A DNA stretch of 64,000 nucleotides from the NCBI GenBank assembly GCA_043228905.1, contig JBHGNT010000012.1, positions 62,001 through 126,000 of the forward strand, given 5' to 3'. Shown one piece after another: positions 1 to 13,900 of the stretch. Under the pieces are notes generated by a model. That model was not told the origin of the DNA. It was given only the letters and a program-made list of their open reading frames with translations, and searched no databases. How positions within the stretch are numbered: the first letter of the stretch is position 1; each line of letters opens with the position of its first letter. The stretch comes from Azolla caroliniana. Its lineage: Eukaryota > Plantae > Polypodiophyta. The position numbers and the translations under genes were made by a program.

Positions 1-1260
1 CACGTTTCTACTCCCTAAAGAAGTGTTGGTGTCACTAGTGTATCAAATAGCCACAGTTTAGTTCGTGGCTCTTGGAACTCCAAATGTGCACATTGTCTTT
101 CGAGCGCACCAAGGGCTGCATATCCACGACAAAGTCAGGCACAAGCAGTCTCCCATAAGGAGAACCTAGGCCCTGTAAATGTCACTCCGAGGCATGTGTA
201 GGAGCGTGTGTATTCCACCTTTTTCTCTTCTGGTTCTGCTTGAGTGATGTTAAACACCATCAGGTTAGTTTTATCCATGTTTACAGACAAACCTTTGTGC
301 GTACAAAATACTTTGAAGGCATTTAGATGTCTTTGTAGTCCCTCCGGAGAGTCAGAAATCAGCACAATATCATCAGCATATAGTAATATTTGTACGGCTA
401 TACCCATTAGGCATGATCCCAAACCCCCGAATCTCTCTATGTAATGTGATATCTCATCTATATAGAGACCGAAGAGAGTGGCGATATATCATCAGCATAT
501 AGTAATATTTGTACGGCTATACCCATTAGGCATGATCCCAAACCCCCAAATCTCTCTATGTAATGTGATATCTCATCTATATAGAGACCGAAGAGAGTGG
601 CGATAGTGGGCATCCTTGTTTCACTCCGATTGTGCTAGCCCTCGCCTCTGACAAACCCTTGGGAGACCGCACTTTTCTTGACAAGGATTAATACAGTGCA
701 AAGATTCCCCATTGCATATCTGCAGGGGCACCAAGGGCTTCCCGCCATTGCATAAACCAAGCACATGGCATAATGTCAAAGGCTTTTCGGAAATCCACAA
801 AGCAGCAATAAATCCTCTTATTATGGGCTCTGCCCTTCTCAGTAAGGGCTCGATGAATCAATATGTGATCCAAAGTTGTGAACCCCTTCCAAAAGCTTGC
901 CTGTCCACCTGAATGGCAGGGATTTCTCTCTGCCCATATACTCAATTCTGACTCTAGAATCGAGCCATATAGTTTAGCCAAGTAATGGCCAATCATAATG
1001 TTCTTTCCCATTTTCTATCCACACCCAGTCTTTGTTTTGTCCATCTCCGCCAACCTCCAGCACTATTGTTTACTGATTGTCCATCTGTTGTTGTAGTTCT
1101 TGTTAGTGGTGCTAGCAAATTTCATAGCCAAAGCTATTTCAAGTCAGATACCTCTAAAGGTTCGATTGTTGCAAAACTGCGTGCTACCAATATATCCTCT
1201 GATCACGCACCCATACATCAGAAATCTGTTGAAGTTTATTTGTCTATCAAGGAAAACCTC
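1..1260 (-). mobile_element. Degenerate non-LTR retrotransposon (LINE, RTE/RTEX-like) reverse-transcriptase fragment inside a TPC1 intron
   Basis: ORFs 688-1011 (YCCFVDFRKAFD) and 135-422 (LLYADDIVL) carry RT motifs, and a GVKQGCPLSP motif reads at about 600-630 on the minus strand. The reading frame is broken by frameshifts and a 119-bp duplication. Boundaries are approximate. Confidence 0.85.
367..604. repeat. 119-bp tandem duplication
   Basis: ATATCATCAGCATATAGTAATA...GAGAGTGGCGAT starts at 367 and again at 486; the copies are nearly identical. Confidence 0.95.
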
Positions 1261-1340
1261 TAATCTAAACTCTAACTTCCATAGGACTTGTGCCAAAAAA
1301 TGCTGTTACACAGAAAGTAATATCTCCATAAACATTTCCA

Positions 1341-1720
1341 TCTTTTCTGAATTAATGCCATATGAAGTTACACAATTGAACCTCCGGATTTTTTATGAGT
1401 CCTTTGTGTTCACTTCAATGTGAATCTTTTTGTGATTCTAGCATGAACTTCCTTCATTACGTTCCCTTGCTATAATGTCTGAATATCAGATGATAATTAG
1501 GATTATTAGAAATGTTAAGAAAGATCAATGTCTTTTTTGAATTAATGCCATATGAAGTTACACAATTGAACCTCAGGATTTTTTATGAGTCATTTGTGTT
1601 CACTTCAATGTGAATCTTTTTGTAATTCTAGCATGAACTTCCTTCATTACGTTCCCTTGCTATAATGTCTGAAGATCAGATGATAATTAGGATTATTAGA
1701 AATGTTAAGAAAGATCAATG
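1341..1720. repeat. 190-bp tandem duplication
   Basis: TGAATTAATGCCATATGAAG...AAGATCAATG occurs at 1348 and 1538 with few substitutions. Confidence 0.95.
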
Positions 1721-1977
1721 TAATTCATTATTACAAGTAATATCATATATAATTTTATAAATGGTGATGCTTTAAGGTCATAATTATTCCTTAACAACCA
1801 ATCTAAGCATTTACTATGAATGAGAAAGGCTGAGAATATGTTTAGGTTGCTTTGGCATCCAATTACCATATATTTAGATATTTGTAAAGCTACAGAGGAT
1901 GATGGGTTAGAATTTGAATTGCCAATCAAAAGAAAATAATACATTGTTCACATAGTAAGGATAATATATTGATATAC

Positions 1978-4900
1978 CTGTATTTATTCAACGCTCTGAA
2001 CAATAGAATACATTGTTTCTTATCCAAATATCCACGCTTCTGCAAGAAAAACACTTTCATGTCACTATTTTTGAAGTATCCAAATACCTGGGGAGATGGA
2101 AACTTACACAAAAAGATAACAAACAAACAAACAAAGAGATATTAACATCTTTCATGTAGCCTATAAGACCAAAACAAATTGCATCTTAAAATGTTCTCTC
2201 ATCTTTGAGAATAAACCAAAATAGATGTAACTAATAAAAAGAAAATAAAAATAAAAGTGACTAAAGAATCAAATTATCTATACACGAAGTTTTTCAAGTC
2301 GTATATATTTGTAATTTGTCTTCAAAACATCTCCAACATGGGTTGATCCAGAATGGAGAGATCTATTAAGCAATGGAAGCACCCACAAAGGTGATCATGG
2401 AAGGAAGATACAGGTTCATGTAACTTCTCTCATATTTCACGTGCAGAAATAAGTACAATCACATCCTCTGAAAGTTAGCTCCCCTGTCATCCATCAACCA
2501 TCGTCAAACAAATAGTATGTCCAAACAACTTGATTCTATATGTCGAACTTGGTGCTTACAATATGGAAGTTGCATTCACACATACAACATGCCAATGGAC
2601 AAGGCAAGTATATGAACAACTCACCTTGAGCAGCAATACATAGTGAGCATCAGGACCAAAGCCCCAGTCCCTAAAATGAGTACTAACTAGTTTTTTTTGT
2701 GATTCAGAATGTAAACATCCCCCACCCATCCACTACAACTTATCTGGGAAAATCTTCTTCGTTGACTCACGAAAGCACCATACATAATCGAAGGGTTTTT
2801 CTTGGAAATTATTTAATACAATCATATACAGATCCTGTTGCATATTTACCTCCCATAAAATGACCTCACTTAGCTTGTAATAGCCTTATCTGAAATTTTG
2901 GAATGTATAGTGTAATGCCACTTCAGGTTTTTTATAAATTCCACCTTTTGAAAAAAATTAGTCTCACCTCATGATCAAGTGACACAAAGGCCAGATGAAG
3001 AATTTTTTTGCGCTTTGATCTTCTCTCTCGTACAACCCGAATCAACTGCAGAAATATGTATTGTAAATATGTTTTAACACACACCCCTAACAAAATATAA
3101 ACCATGAGACTATTTGTGACATCCTATGACAAATCTTCACCTGATCTTTGAAACTGTCATAAACAACAGCAAGTATGAGGTTTGTGATGAAGTATACACC
3201 AAATAGAATATACAAGATGAAAAACAGACATGAAGCCCGAGAAGCCCTGGAGATAATATTCACTAGTTAATTACCTTACCATGAGACCGAAATTTTGATA
3301 TAAACATCTCATTTAAGTTATACAGATACATTTGCATAAATAATACATTTAAATTTAATGGATGAATAATATTTGCATGAACTTGAGCTTGATGCAAGTT
3401 ACAGACAAACGACATCACATTCAAAGTAGTTTTAATGTACCAACCAGTTTAGGAAACATTCTCAGAGTAATATTTCAACTCACGTCCAACTTTTCAGCCT
3501 TATTTTGTGCCACTCCCTCGTGAGGGAGGGATTTGGACCATTTTCCCGAGTCATGGATTTCTATGACCAGAGATGTTTGGGGATCTTTGTTCTAGGGATC
3601 AGCAGATTTAGAGGGTCTGTTCTGAGGTGCAGAGGGCCATCATAAAAGCAGGTGGACTTGAATGGGGCATGCTAAGAGAACTCAGAGCAAGCACAACAGC
3701 CAACACTTTGTTGATGGATATTGCATGACTGAGAAGTTCAGCCAGATGCACAAGGATACACGGGTCATCACTTAAAACCTACATCTCAGGATAACTAATA
3801 TCATTGCTCCAGATTAAGGGTAATTTATCAGGCAGTTCTTAATATGGAAAACATTGATGCTATCCAGCATCATCATATGAGAGATTTTTTTGTACATAGA
3901 ATCATATCACAAAATGTGAGAAACAACTACAGATAACTCAAACACAGACAACCTTGGGATCTCAATCAAGATCATGTAGACTCTGAGAAGCCATGTGATG
4001 AGGCCAAGCCAAAAGGCGAATATTGCCTTACCAACTCACATATTTAGAACAGGCAATAAAGAGAACTCGCAAAATAGCCAAACTTTAAATTGCCGAATAT
4101 GTTTTTGCACCCCAAATTGTGCCTCAAATACGAAGGCATTACACATATGCCAAACATGCCATAATACCCAATACTTCAAGAGCTCAAAAAAATATTTGAA
4201 ACCCAAATTGTTCTATGAGATTCCTTTTCTCCCCAATCTACATATGTGTACATGATACCCCCATTTATGACAATCCGCTGGGCATTTCAGTAAGAGCACA
4301 TTTATATCATATGACATCATCCTGTGCGTGTCCTTTTATGGGCTGATCCAATCTCTCTTGCAGATTTATTTCTTTTGAACAATTATCTCCAATATTACAT
4401 CACAGATCTACCCATGATACCTATATCATTGTACTTTGATCACAACCTTGCAGATACATTGGAATATTACCTAGTTTAGGTGCCGTTGATTTTTTGTTTA
4501 TTTTACATTGGTATGATTGGTCGCTTTAGCCTTTTCATTTCATTTCTGTAATATTTTGCATATTTTGCAATATTGGTACTAACCACTACTATTGCATCTA
4601 TTCAGGAAAGAAAAAGGAAAGCATCTATATAGCCACTACTATTGTTAGGTTAAAAAATTATACAAGAAAAAAAAAATATTGGGTTAGTAGAGCCCGTTCA
4701 TGGAAGAAAAAGGAAAGCATTTATCTAGCCACTAATATTGTGAGGTTAAACAATTATACAGAAAAAAACATGTGGGTTAACAGAGCCTGTATATAGACAC
4801 TACTATTGTGAGGGTAAACAATTATAAAGAAAAAGAAGCATGTGGGTTAACAAAACCAGTTCGGGAAATAAAAAGGAAAGCATATATACAGCCACTACTA

Positions 4901-7900
4901 TTTTGAGGTTAAAAAATCATACAGAAAAAAAACTCAGTTAAAAGATACTAACTTGTATGCAGGAAGCCATACATCAGGATTATTTGAGGTTGTGAACAAG
5001 ACAAACATCCTATATACTGTGATACCATAGGATGAGAAATAAAGACTTCCCTGTTCTGTATCTTCAAAAAGGACAAATGCAAGGCAGCTAAAAAACAAGA
5101 GAAAGGCCAGAAACAAAGCCTGCACCCAAAAAAAAATCCAAGTTTAGCTGTTAATTACCTGCAAAATACAAGAATTCAGAGCTCACATATTAATCACAAA
5201 TTTATTCATACATATATGAAATTCCAGAACACCCCACACTAAGATTTTGTTCATATTTTATTTGTTGGAGAATACATTATTCTGAATCCAAGTATTCAAT
5301 TGTGCCAGCACTCCAATCTGCAGCTCAGCTGCAGACAGTGTCCCAACCCCACAACTTTATATTTTTCTCATTCAAAAGGACAAACTACATAGATAAGCAA
5401 GGATCTTAGTATAATATAAAGAAAAGATGATGCATGGTGTTTATTTTGTATGTGTGAGTTCAGCTTTTGGTCCATCCCACATTATAGCTTGCACGAAGTG
5501 ATCTTCAATAAGATTGTCAAGCCTGAACAGTGAACTTCCCTCAACACCTTTACCCTTTGTTTTGACAGTTCTTTTTTCAACATCTCTATCTCCAAGGATC
5601 CAAGGATATCCCACTAGATCAACATTCCTGCCTAAGCTAATCTGTTTCCGTAGGCATCCTCCTTGTGGACCACAATCTCATCACCCTTGTCATTGACAAA
5701 TGAAGGCCATTATCTCCAGCCATCACAAGTGCTTCCCTCACTTCAGAGACATCTCCATTCTGAATTGACCTATGCTAGAGATCTTTTGAAGACAAAAATT
5801 ACAATATATCTGATTTGAGAATCATACGTGTATCTGATAATTGGCAACGGCTCGGCTCGAGCCTAAACCATTTAGCTAAAGCAGCTTAGCGGCTCGGCTC
5901 CGCTTGGCTTGAGCCTTGCCAAACCGGCTTAAACTGTTTAAGCCGTTTATGTGATTTAATAATTAGGGTTTAGAAAGTTAGAAATTAGACGTTAGAACTT
6001 GAAAGTTGAGAGAGAGATTGAGATGAAGCCATAGGCAATAGACTATTGAGTGACGCGAGAGGGAGGGACAGAGAGGGAGAGGGAGCCTGCAGTGGACGAT
6101 CAAAGGACATCCTTCTTGCTGTTATATACATTCTTTCTGTACATATAGGTGAAATTTTAGTTCCAAATTCTCTCTTGAGTTGGACCTAGGACGTGGCGAG
6201 CTCGACATGAAGGTGGTTGAGGGATGTGCAATAGCAATCGAGAATGGACATATTGAGGTCCGGAAAGGGTTACATCAACCCTCTCGTCATGAGCTCGCTT
6301 TATTGGAAGTGCTCGAGGGTCGGGCAGTAGCAATCTACAAAGGAGGATGAGGAATTAGAATTTTTATCATCCATAAAGAGGCCAAATTTGACCTATGGAA
6401 CCAGACTATACATGTGTTCTTGATATGTGTCTCCTTCCTAAGAAGGGGTATTCATACATTGAAGCACAAAGTCTCTTGTGTGAATAAAGCATACACATAT
6501 GAGCTAAACCTTCTTCGTGGTGTCTTAAGTATGGCACTTAAGTTATCACTCCCTCTTAATATGTCAGCATATCTTGAACGAATTGCACTATATGTCGAGC
6601 ATGTGAAGAGCAACTGACATTCATCCTCTACCATGCCTTCATTGCATACTTTGCATGTCTTCAAATCAGTTACATTTTGATACCATGAGGCAACTTCAAT
6701 ACCTAACTTGTGAGATCGAGTGCGAAGTAGTGTAAGGGGATGGGGGGGGGGCATGTCAAATTTGGAGAAGGATTGGATCACCAAGAGTGAGAGGTCACCA
6801 TAGCATCGGGGCTCGTGGTTTGGGTGGTGGGAGGCAGGGGATTCATGGATGTCAGCCGACCAATCGTAGTAGTATATGGAGAGGGAGTCGTGGAGATGGG
6901 ACTCGGAGTTGAATTTGGGCGCATCGGTGGTAAGGCCGAGGGGGTGAGAGTTATGAGGAGGAGGAGAAGAGTAGGAGGAAGTGGCAGTGGTGTTTTTTGG
7001 GTTTCTTCACACCTCTAAAGCTTTTTTGTCTGAAACCCCTTCACAAACCGGTTTAGTTCGGTTTGGTTTGGTCCAAGTTTGAGAACCTCAAAACGGTTTA
7101 GGCTTAACCAGTTTAGCTTGGATAAGGCCAAACCGGTTAAGCCTAAACTGAATCGTTGCCGATTCCTACATGTATCGGTGATGAGATTCTTTACTCACAT
7201 CCTAGTCTATTTGAATTTATCTTTTTGTTTAGCTACATTTATTTATTTTGGTTTGTTCTTTCTCAAAGATGAGACAACATTTTCAGATGTAATCTCTTGT
7301 ATGGTCTTACAGGCCATTTTGGTTAAAAGGAGTTAGTATTATCTTCCTTCTTTACTCTTTAGTCTTTGTCTTCATCTTCTTCATTTTTATTTACTTAGTA
7401 ACATTTACTTTGGTTTGTTGTTCTCAAAGATGAGACAATATTTAAGAGGTAATTCTTGTTTGTTCTTATAGGCCATTTTGGCCTTCTTAACAAGCGTTTT
7501 TATATCCTTCCTTCCTGAACTGATATTATTAACTTGGATCAGCCCCAAAATATCACTTAGTACGAAGATGGCCCACTATAAGACACGCTTCTTACACACA
7601 TCGGAGCATGGATTCATCGTCAGGCCACCTTATATGGACATACATCTACCCTATGCGTTGCGCAGTGTGATAGGGCTGTTGCGAACTTCATCACATCAGT
7701 TATAGATTGAGGTATGCAGATATACACGAATACTTCTAGAAGAAAGAATTTGCCAATTGTGTCATCAAGGAGTGGAATCCGAAGAATATTATGCTTGTCA
7801 TTGTAGTGTCTTTTATGAAATCAGAAGGAGATACCATTGCCTCTTTAAATAAGGCTTTGGCCCGCTACACAAGGTAATAGAATATGAGAACCAACAATGC

Positions 7901-10900
7901 CTAGGACTTTTCTTGCTAGAACTCAAGAGACATAGGGAAAAGTTGTTGAAGGACAATAATACCGCCACACAAGCTCATCCACAAAGAACAAATCACAACT
8001 TTCTTTAGCCCCATCACTCCTACTAATGCTACAAGTCAATCAGGGGATACACAAATGGGCTCTTGACTAGGACATAACAAAGGGGTTACAATAGATCGGG
8101 CAATAGCAATTTGTCGTGCACGTAGGCCCTGGCCCCACGGACCACGTCCTCGGCACCCTTGTCATCGACAGATAAAGGTCATTATCTCCCGCCATCGCCG
8201 GTGCTTCCCTCGCTTCGAAGACCTCTCTATTCTAGATCGACCTATGCTAGAGATCTTTCCAAGACAAGAGTTATAATATATCTAACTTGAGAAACTCACA
8301 TGTGCCGAAAACCAGATTCCATCATCTCTTTTTTATCTTATTTACATTTATATTTACTGAGTAATATTTATTTTATTTTGATTTGTTGTTCTCAAAGACG
8401 AGACAACACTTAAGATGTAATCTCTTGTTTGGTCTTATAGACCATTTTGGCCTCTTAAAAGACGTTAATATTTCTTTCTTTCTTTTCAACAATGGTTAGA
8501 GCCACATGGCATAAGCATAAATGCACTAACCCTGTTTCAATACTTGGATTGTCCCCATCTGAACATGCCAAAGTGGAACAGAATAGAATTACTCAACTGA
8601 TGTTATCTAATTGGATAATAGAAGAACATGGATCAGCCCCACGACGTCTCTTGGTCAGAAGATGGTCCACTATATGGCACACTTTGTACAAACATCAGAG
8701 GATAGATTCATCATCAGGCCCACTTATATAGATATTAGCATATGAGTAGATGAATGTGGAATCTGGCAGCTTACAAAGAGGTGTGTTCTTATGTCTACAT
8801 ACAACTGTTGTTTATGGTATCATACCTTGCCAAAATACATATAGTTTTACCAAGACTTGCTTACCACTACATCTAACACTCGGGCTATTGCAACCAATGT
8901 CCTCACGCATTCTCTAAGAGTTCTGCAAAAACAAAACATCATATTATAAGAGTTCAAACAAATAATAAATAGAAAAACTACTTTAGTGTGAAGAACTAAA
9001 CCTTCAAAAAATCTAAAGAAGGAATATTATACAACCACAGTTTTTATCAATTGCGCGCCAAGGACTACTACAAAATAGTTTTTCAATATGACCAATATTC
9101 AAAGATCCATTTACCTAATATCCACAATAAGAAGAAAAACCCTGATATATGGTGCAAAGCGGAAAGAAATATCGATGATAGATCCTGATGAAATTGCATA
9201 GACTCCATAAACTGAAATGTCAACTGCAAGAAGTGCTAACAAAACCACCTGTTAAAAAAACAAGTTCAATATTTGATATTCATAAGAAAATAAGAACTCC
9301 AAAGATCTTAACCATTCAATCAAATATTAGATGTTCAAAACAGTAATAGCTATATTTCTGCCATATGTATTTACTTGTTGCATCCAGGTTAGATTGTCAC
9401 AGAGGCGGGGGAGACCGTCCCATCCTATAAATCTACTCACAAAAGGGGAATCCTTTAATATATCAACTCAATCCATTCCTTTTGATCAATGAGGAATCAA
9501 ATATGACTTTTATTAGTATAAATCTCTTGATATTAGGAATGGTGAGAAATTTGGTAAAGATTTACATTGAAAATAAGAGAGAACTACTTAGAAGATTATC
9601 TCTGTAGATTAGCTAGCAAATATCTTTTCCAGATGAAATATCAAGGAGGTAGCTGGGGGGAGCAGGGAATTTACTGGTGTAACACAAATCGGAATTGAAA
9701 AAAGATTATTGGAATGGAAAGTTAACATAGCGCATGGATACTTTGCATTTCAAATGGATGAAGGTAGGGATGTCTTGTCAAATGTCCATGAATAGTTTGA
9801 TACTTGGAGATTAATCTTTCTCCTCTTCTGGAGAGTATCTTTAAAACTGAAGTATAACTTAGATCAATCGATTTACAGTGCATCAAAAATGACAAGTGAA
9901 CTACTGGGTACTGTTGGTACTAGTATCGACAACATAACTCGGAATAATGAGAAGTATCCTCATCGATCCATCAATGTTTACTTCCATACAACACGATCCT
10001 TGTCGAAATTACTTGCCAAACTCTTGTGATAGGTACAATCAATTATTACACCAAGAAGTTGAATCCTCTAAGTTTTTCGAATCATAATCACTCATCAAAA
10101 TTACTGGTTATTAAAATTAAGGGAGCATAGATAATCCTTCCTCAAAAGAAGGATTCTTGAGGGAAAAAATGTTTTAATCATTGAGTCAAGTTCGTTGATT
10201 GTTAAATAAAAAATTCTTAGACTTGTCATCTCATTATGCCTTCACCCAACAAGCGACCAATTTACGTGCAAAGGGATTCTAATCTACTCAATAAAGGCCT
10301 GTTGTAGCTTGAGTCCCTTCTAATACCATAAGAGACATAAAGCCTATGCACAGTTCTTGCTTCAACAACAAACAATAATGTGGGGAATATTAGGATCCTC
10401 CTTGAACAGAAAGGCATAGTCAACGGACACAGGTTAATATTCCTGTACTGCCCTTTACTCCCTATGGACAGATGAGGTTAGGTTAGCCAAAAGGTGGTAA
10501 TCTGTATACCTTCTGCTTTGGGTTATCAGCCCATGCTTAGTATAGAGATGGTAACTTTCATTACAATAATCTTTCTTCAATTGCAATTTGTGTTACACCA
10601 ATGGTGCAAATGGCACCTTGATAGCAATAAATTGTTCCGTGTATATGTAATGATCAGATAAAAACGTGGCATTGTCAGTTAAGATTCAACTGGAAGCCAG
10701 ATGATCCAATTGGATAATGATAACTTTGTTTTTGTAAAAAATGATTTTATTGTAGTTTTTTATTTTTAAATTTGGGTTATCAGCTTAATATGGTGCAAAA
10801 GGAAGGATAATAGATAGTACATAACAACTTGTTGCTTACTCCTCAGAACATTTTAGTATGGCTGACCATATTGAAGAGAGGATATATCCTTATCCAGTGC

Positions 10901-13900
10901 TTTGAGTATGGTCAATATCTTTGAACCACAAATTGATATAGAAAAAGCTCTTGAAATGAGATTATATTGTTGCAACAATCTAGAAACTAGGCTTTGCAGA
11001 GAAACTAAAAAACATAGTGTATTTGCTATATCAAAGCAGTGAATCATCATGTATTTTACGTGAGGTAATAAATGCTAGACATTGGGGAAATTTTATTAAA
11101 CAATAGTGTCCGCTTTGTGTTATGGAATCATTTGCCTTGACATATGGTTTGAAGAAATATTTACAAATGGCATTTGCTCCATTGGACTGGACAAATCAAG
11201 AAATTGAATCAGTTGATCAGACATTTTGGATACTTCAGCATCTCAGGATAAAGTCCATTGAGTCATAAAGAACATCAGAGAAAATTTGCAGTTCTAGAAG
11301 TTACCTACAGAGGGGTATTGTTACAGGGGTGCATACTTAAGAGTTTTTCCTATTGCTACAGCGTGATATGTTTACATGGGGTTTTCCCTGTCGGAGTGTT
11401 GCTGCGATCTCATAAGATAATTCTTGCCACATGTAAGTGATATGAACAAGTTGAAGAAACAACACTTCATACTATAGACTTGTCCACAAATAGCTACCTT
11501 ACAACTACAATTTCTTGCTCATCAGCTCTTTTTGTTATTTGGCTACATGTCTCGGGACCTTTAACCATGGCCAATTTCTTTTGCATGAATCACACCTTAG
11601 GCTTTATGGACAGTATGGAAACCTCAACATTAAATGCATTATCATCACCCTATTTCCAATCTATATATCATATTCAGATTTTTACTCGAGCAACCTTTAC
11701 ATACATGATATGTTTCACATGATATCGAGGAGCGTGTGCACGTGCATGGACACACACACACACATGTTGCGAATATATTTCTATAGAAAGAAAAATATCC
11801 ACTCCCATGTCAGAACCCTGGACACTCTAGAACAATAGAATGCATTACATAATGATCAGCTCCCATGTCTTGTAGACTTCAGTACCACAGACACTCTACT
11901 ACAATATGTGACCAGTAGAACAATGGAATTCATTTCACTGCAGAAATTTGTGCTTATACTTTAGCAGTAGTAAAATAAAAATTTCAGTTAAATAAAAATT
12001 ACCTTTAGTAAGTTAACACGGCTTTTCCAAAACCCGCTGCTCCCCAAATAGACAATCGGGAAAAATGTATGAACTAGGAAAATTGCCCAAGTGATGATCT
12101 GAACCAAATTCCAAAAGTTATTCCATTGTTTGAGAGTGGAAAGAACTCCAATATGAAAAAGGAATTATACAATATGATGAGGTTGTTACCTCCCAGTACA
12201 ACGACTCCACCCTTGTCAAATAAGGCAATTCCCCCAAGTAATATTCCTCTCTGTTTCCACAAGGCTCACTAGAAGAGCCTGCACACCAAAGTGGCATCTA
12301 CATGTAACAACCACAAGATAATCTTTGGTCAACAGCATTCATATTGGAAAACCAAAGTGCCCATTAACAAATAGTTTGCCACCTTCTTTGTAAACTATTC
12401 CTGCTGTTATATTTCATGGATCTTGGTGCTGTAAAACAAATATGTATCTAAATGAGAGGTACATGTATTAAATTTATCAATAGGGGGTACATTCCTCATG
12501 TATAAGAAATTAGCTTCTCCTCATGTGTAAGAAATCATGAGTTCCTAGGAAGAAGTTACTGCTAACTAACATACTAATGTGTAAATTTGATTTCTGTTGC
12601 AAAGCAAAATTTCATAATGCAGGAAAAGAGCCTGATAGTAGTTTTTTAATGATATTTGATTTACTAACCTCGAAGAAACCTAGCAGAATAAGCGCAATGA
12701 GATTCAGTAACCAAACAAGGTTTAGACGCATGTCAATAGAATACCAATGTAATTCCCGATCAAAATTCTCTTTTTCCAGGATATCTTGAGGCAATCCAAT
12801 TTCATCCTCTGCCTGCACCAGGAAACTCTATTGTTAACTTAATCTGTACGGTTGTGAAGCTGTGGATAAGATGAAGACGCCACATGCACTGCACAATATG
12901 AATGTGCAATGTATTTTATTTAAGAAATAAGAGCTATTCATTTCAATGCAAATATGCAACGATTCTTATTAGAAAAAAAAAAAGTACAAGAGTCATTCAA
13001 CTAATTTTATTTGAGAAAGAAGAGCTATTTCTTAATCCTGAAATGTAGGATAGATTTTCAAGCTCTGCATCCCAAAAAAAATAAACCATTTCTTTAGAGA
13101 GGGAACCCCACAATGATATTCATCTACTCCCATTGCAAAGCAATTTGCTGCATATCCGATCCTTGCCCAAGCGTGAAGAAGAAATAAAGATGTATTATTT
13201 GGATCACAGGGTTAGCATAAACTATGAGAGATACCAACTCATTTTTGCTGTCACAAATGTTCCAAAATTACAAAAACTTTCACCTTCTCTCTTCTCATTT
13301 AACATTATATCATTTTCTGTATGTCTCTCTCCCTTCATGGCTTTTAACATTTAACATGCACACAAACAATATTAAACATATAAACATGAGTGTATGCGTC
13401 TTTCTCGTTCTGTATTTTACTCATTTAGCTGACTATGGATAATAGAGACGGGAACTTCCCAGGCTAGATAAGGACTTCCCAAAGGATGTGTTTTGCATGT
13501 AGGACTTTTCAGAGAGCATGGTGAAACTGTGAAGTTAATCATCCAAATTATCTAGTCCAGAATAGATAAGGTTTTCTCAAAGAGCATGGCCAAACCACGA
13601 AGCTGATCATTAGCATTATTCAAACAAATGCAGAAACGGCCTTCTACATTATGCCAACCAGTTTCACCTTTGTGCCCAGACACAGTCCTAATCATGTGCC
13701 AAAAACAGCCCACTGCGAAATTCTTTCACATTATTCAAACACATTCCTGGTAGTTAACCTAGATGAGGCCTTCTCAAAGAAAACTCACAAAAGCCAATTC
13801 ATGAAATTTATGCACATTATTCAAACAGACGTTTTACTGTGGATCAAAGAATAGTTACAGAAAATTCTGCAGAGATGCAGGAGGCATCCACATTATTAAA

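Noticed and set aside
10862-10915. Short hairpin as a miRNA or H/ACA RNA
   Set aside because: The stem is too short and imperfect, and there is no second hairpin or ACA box.
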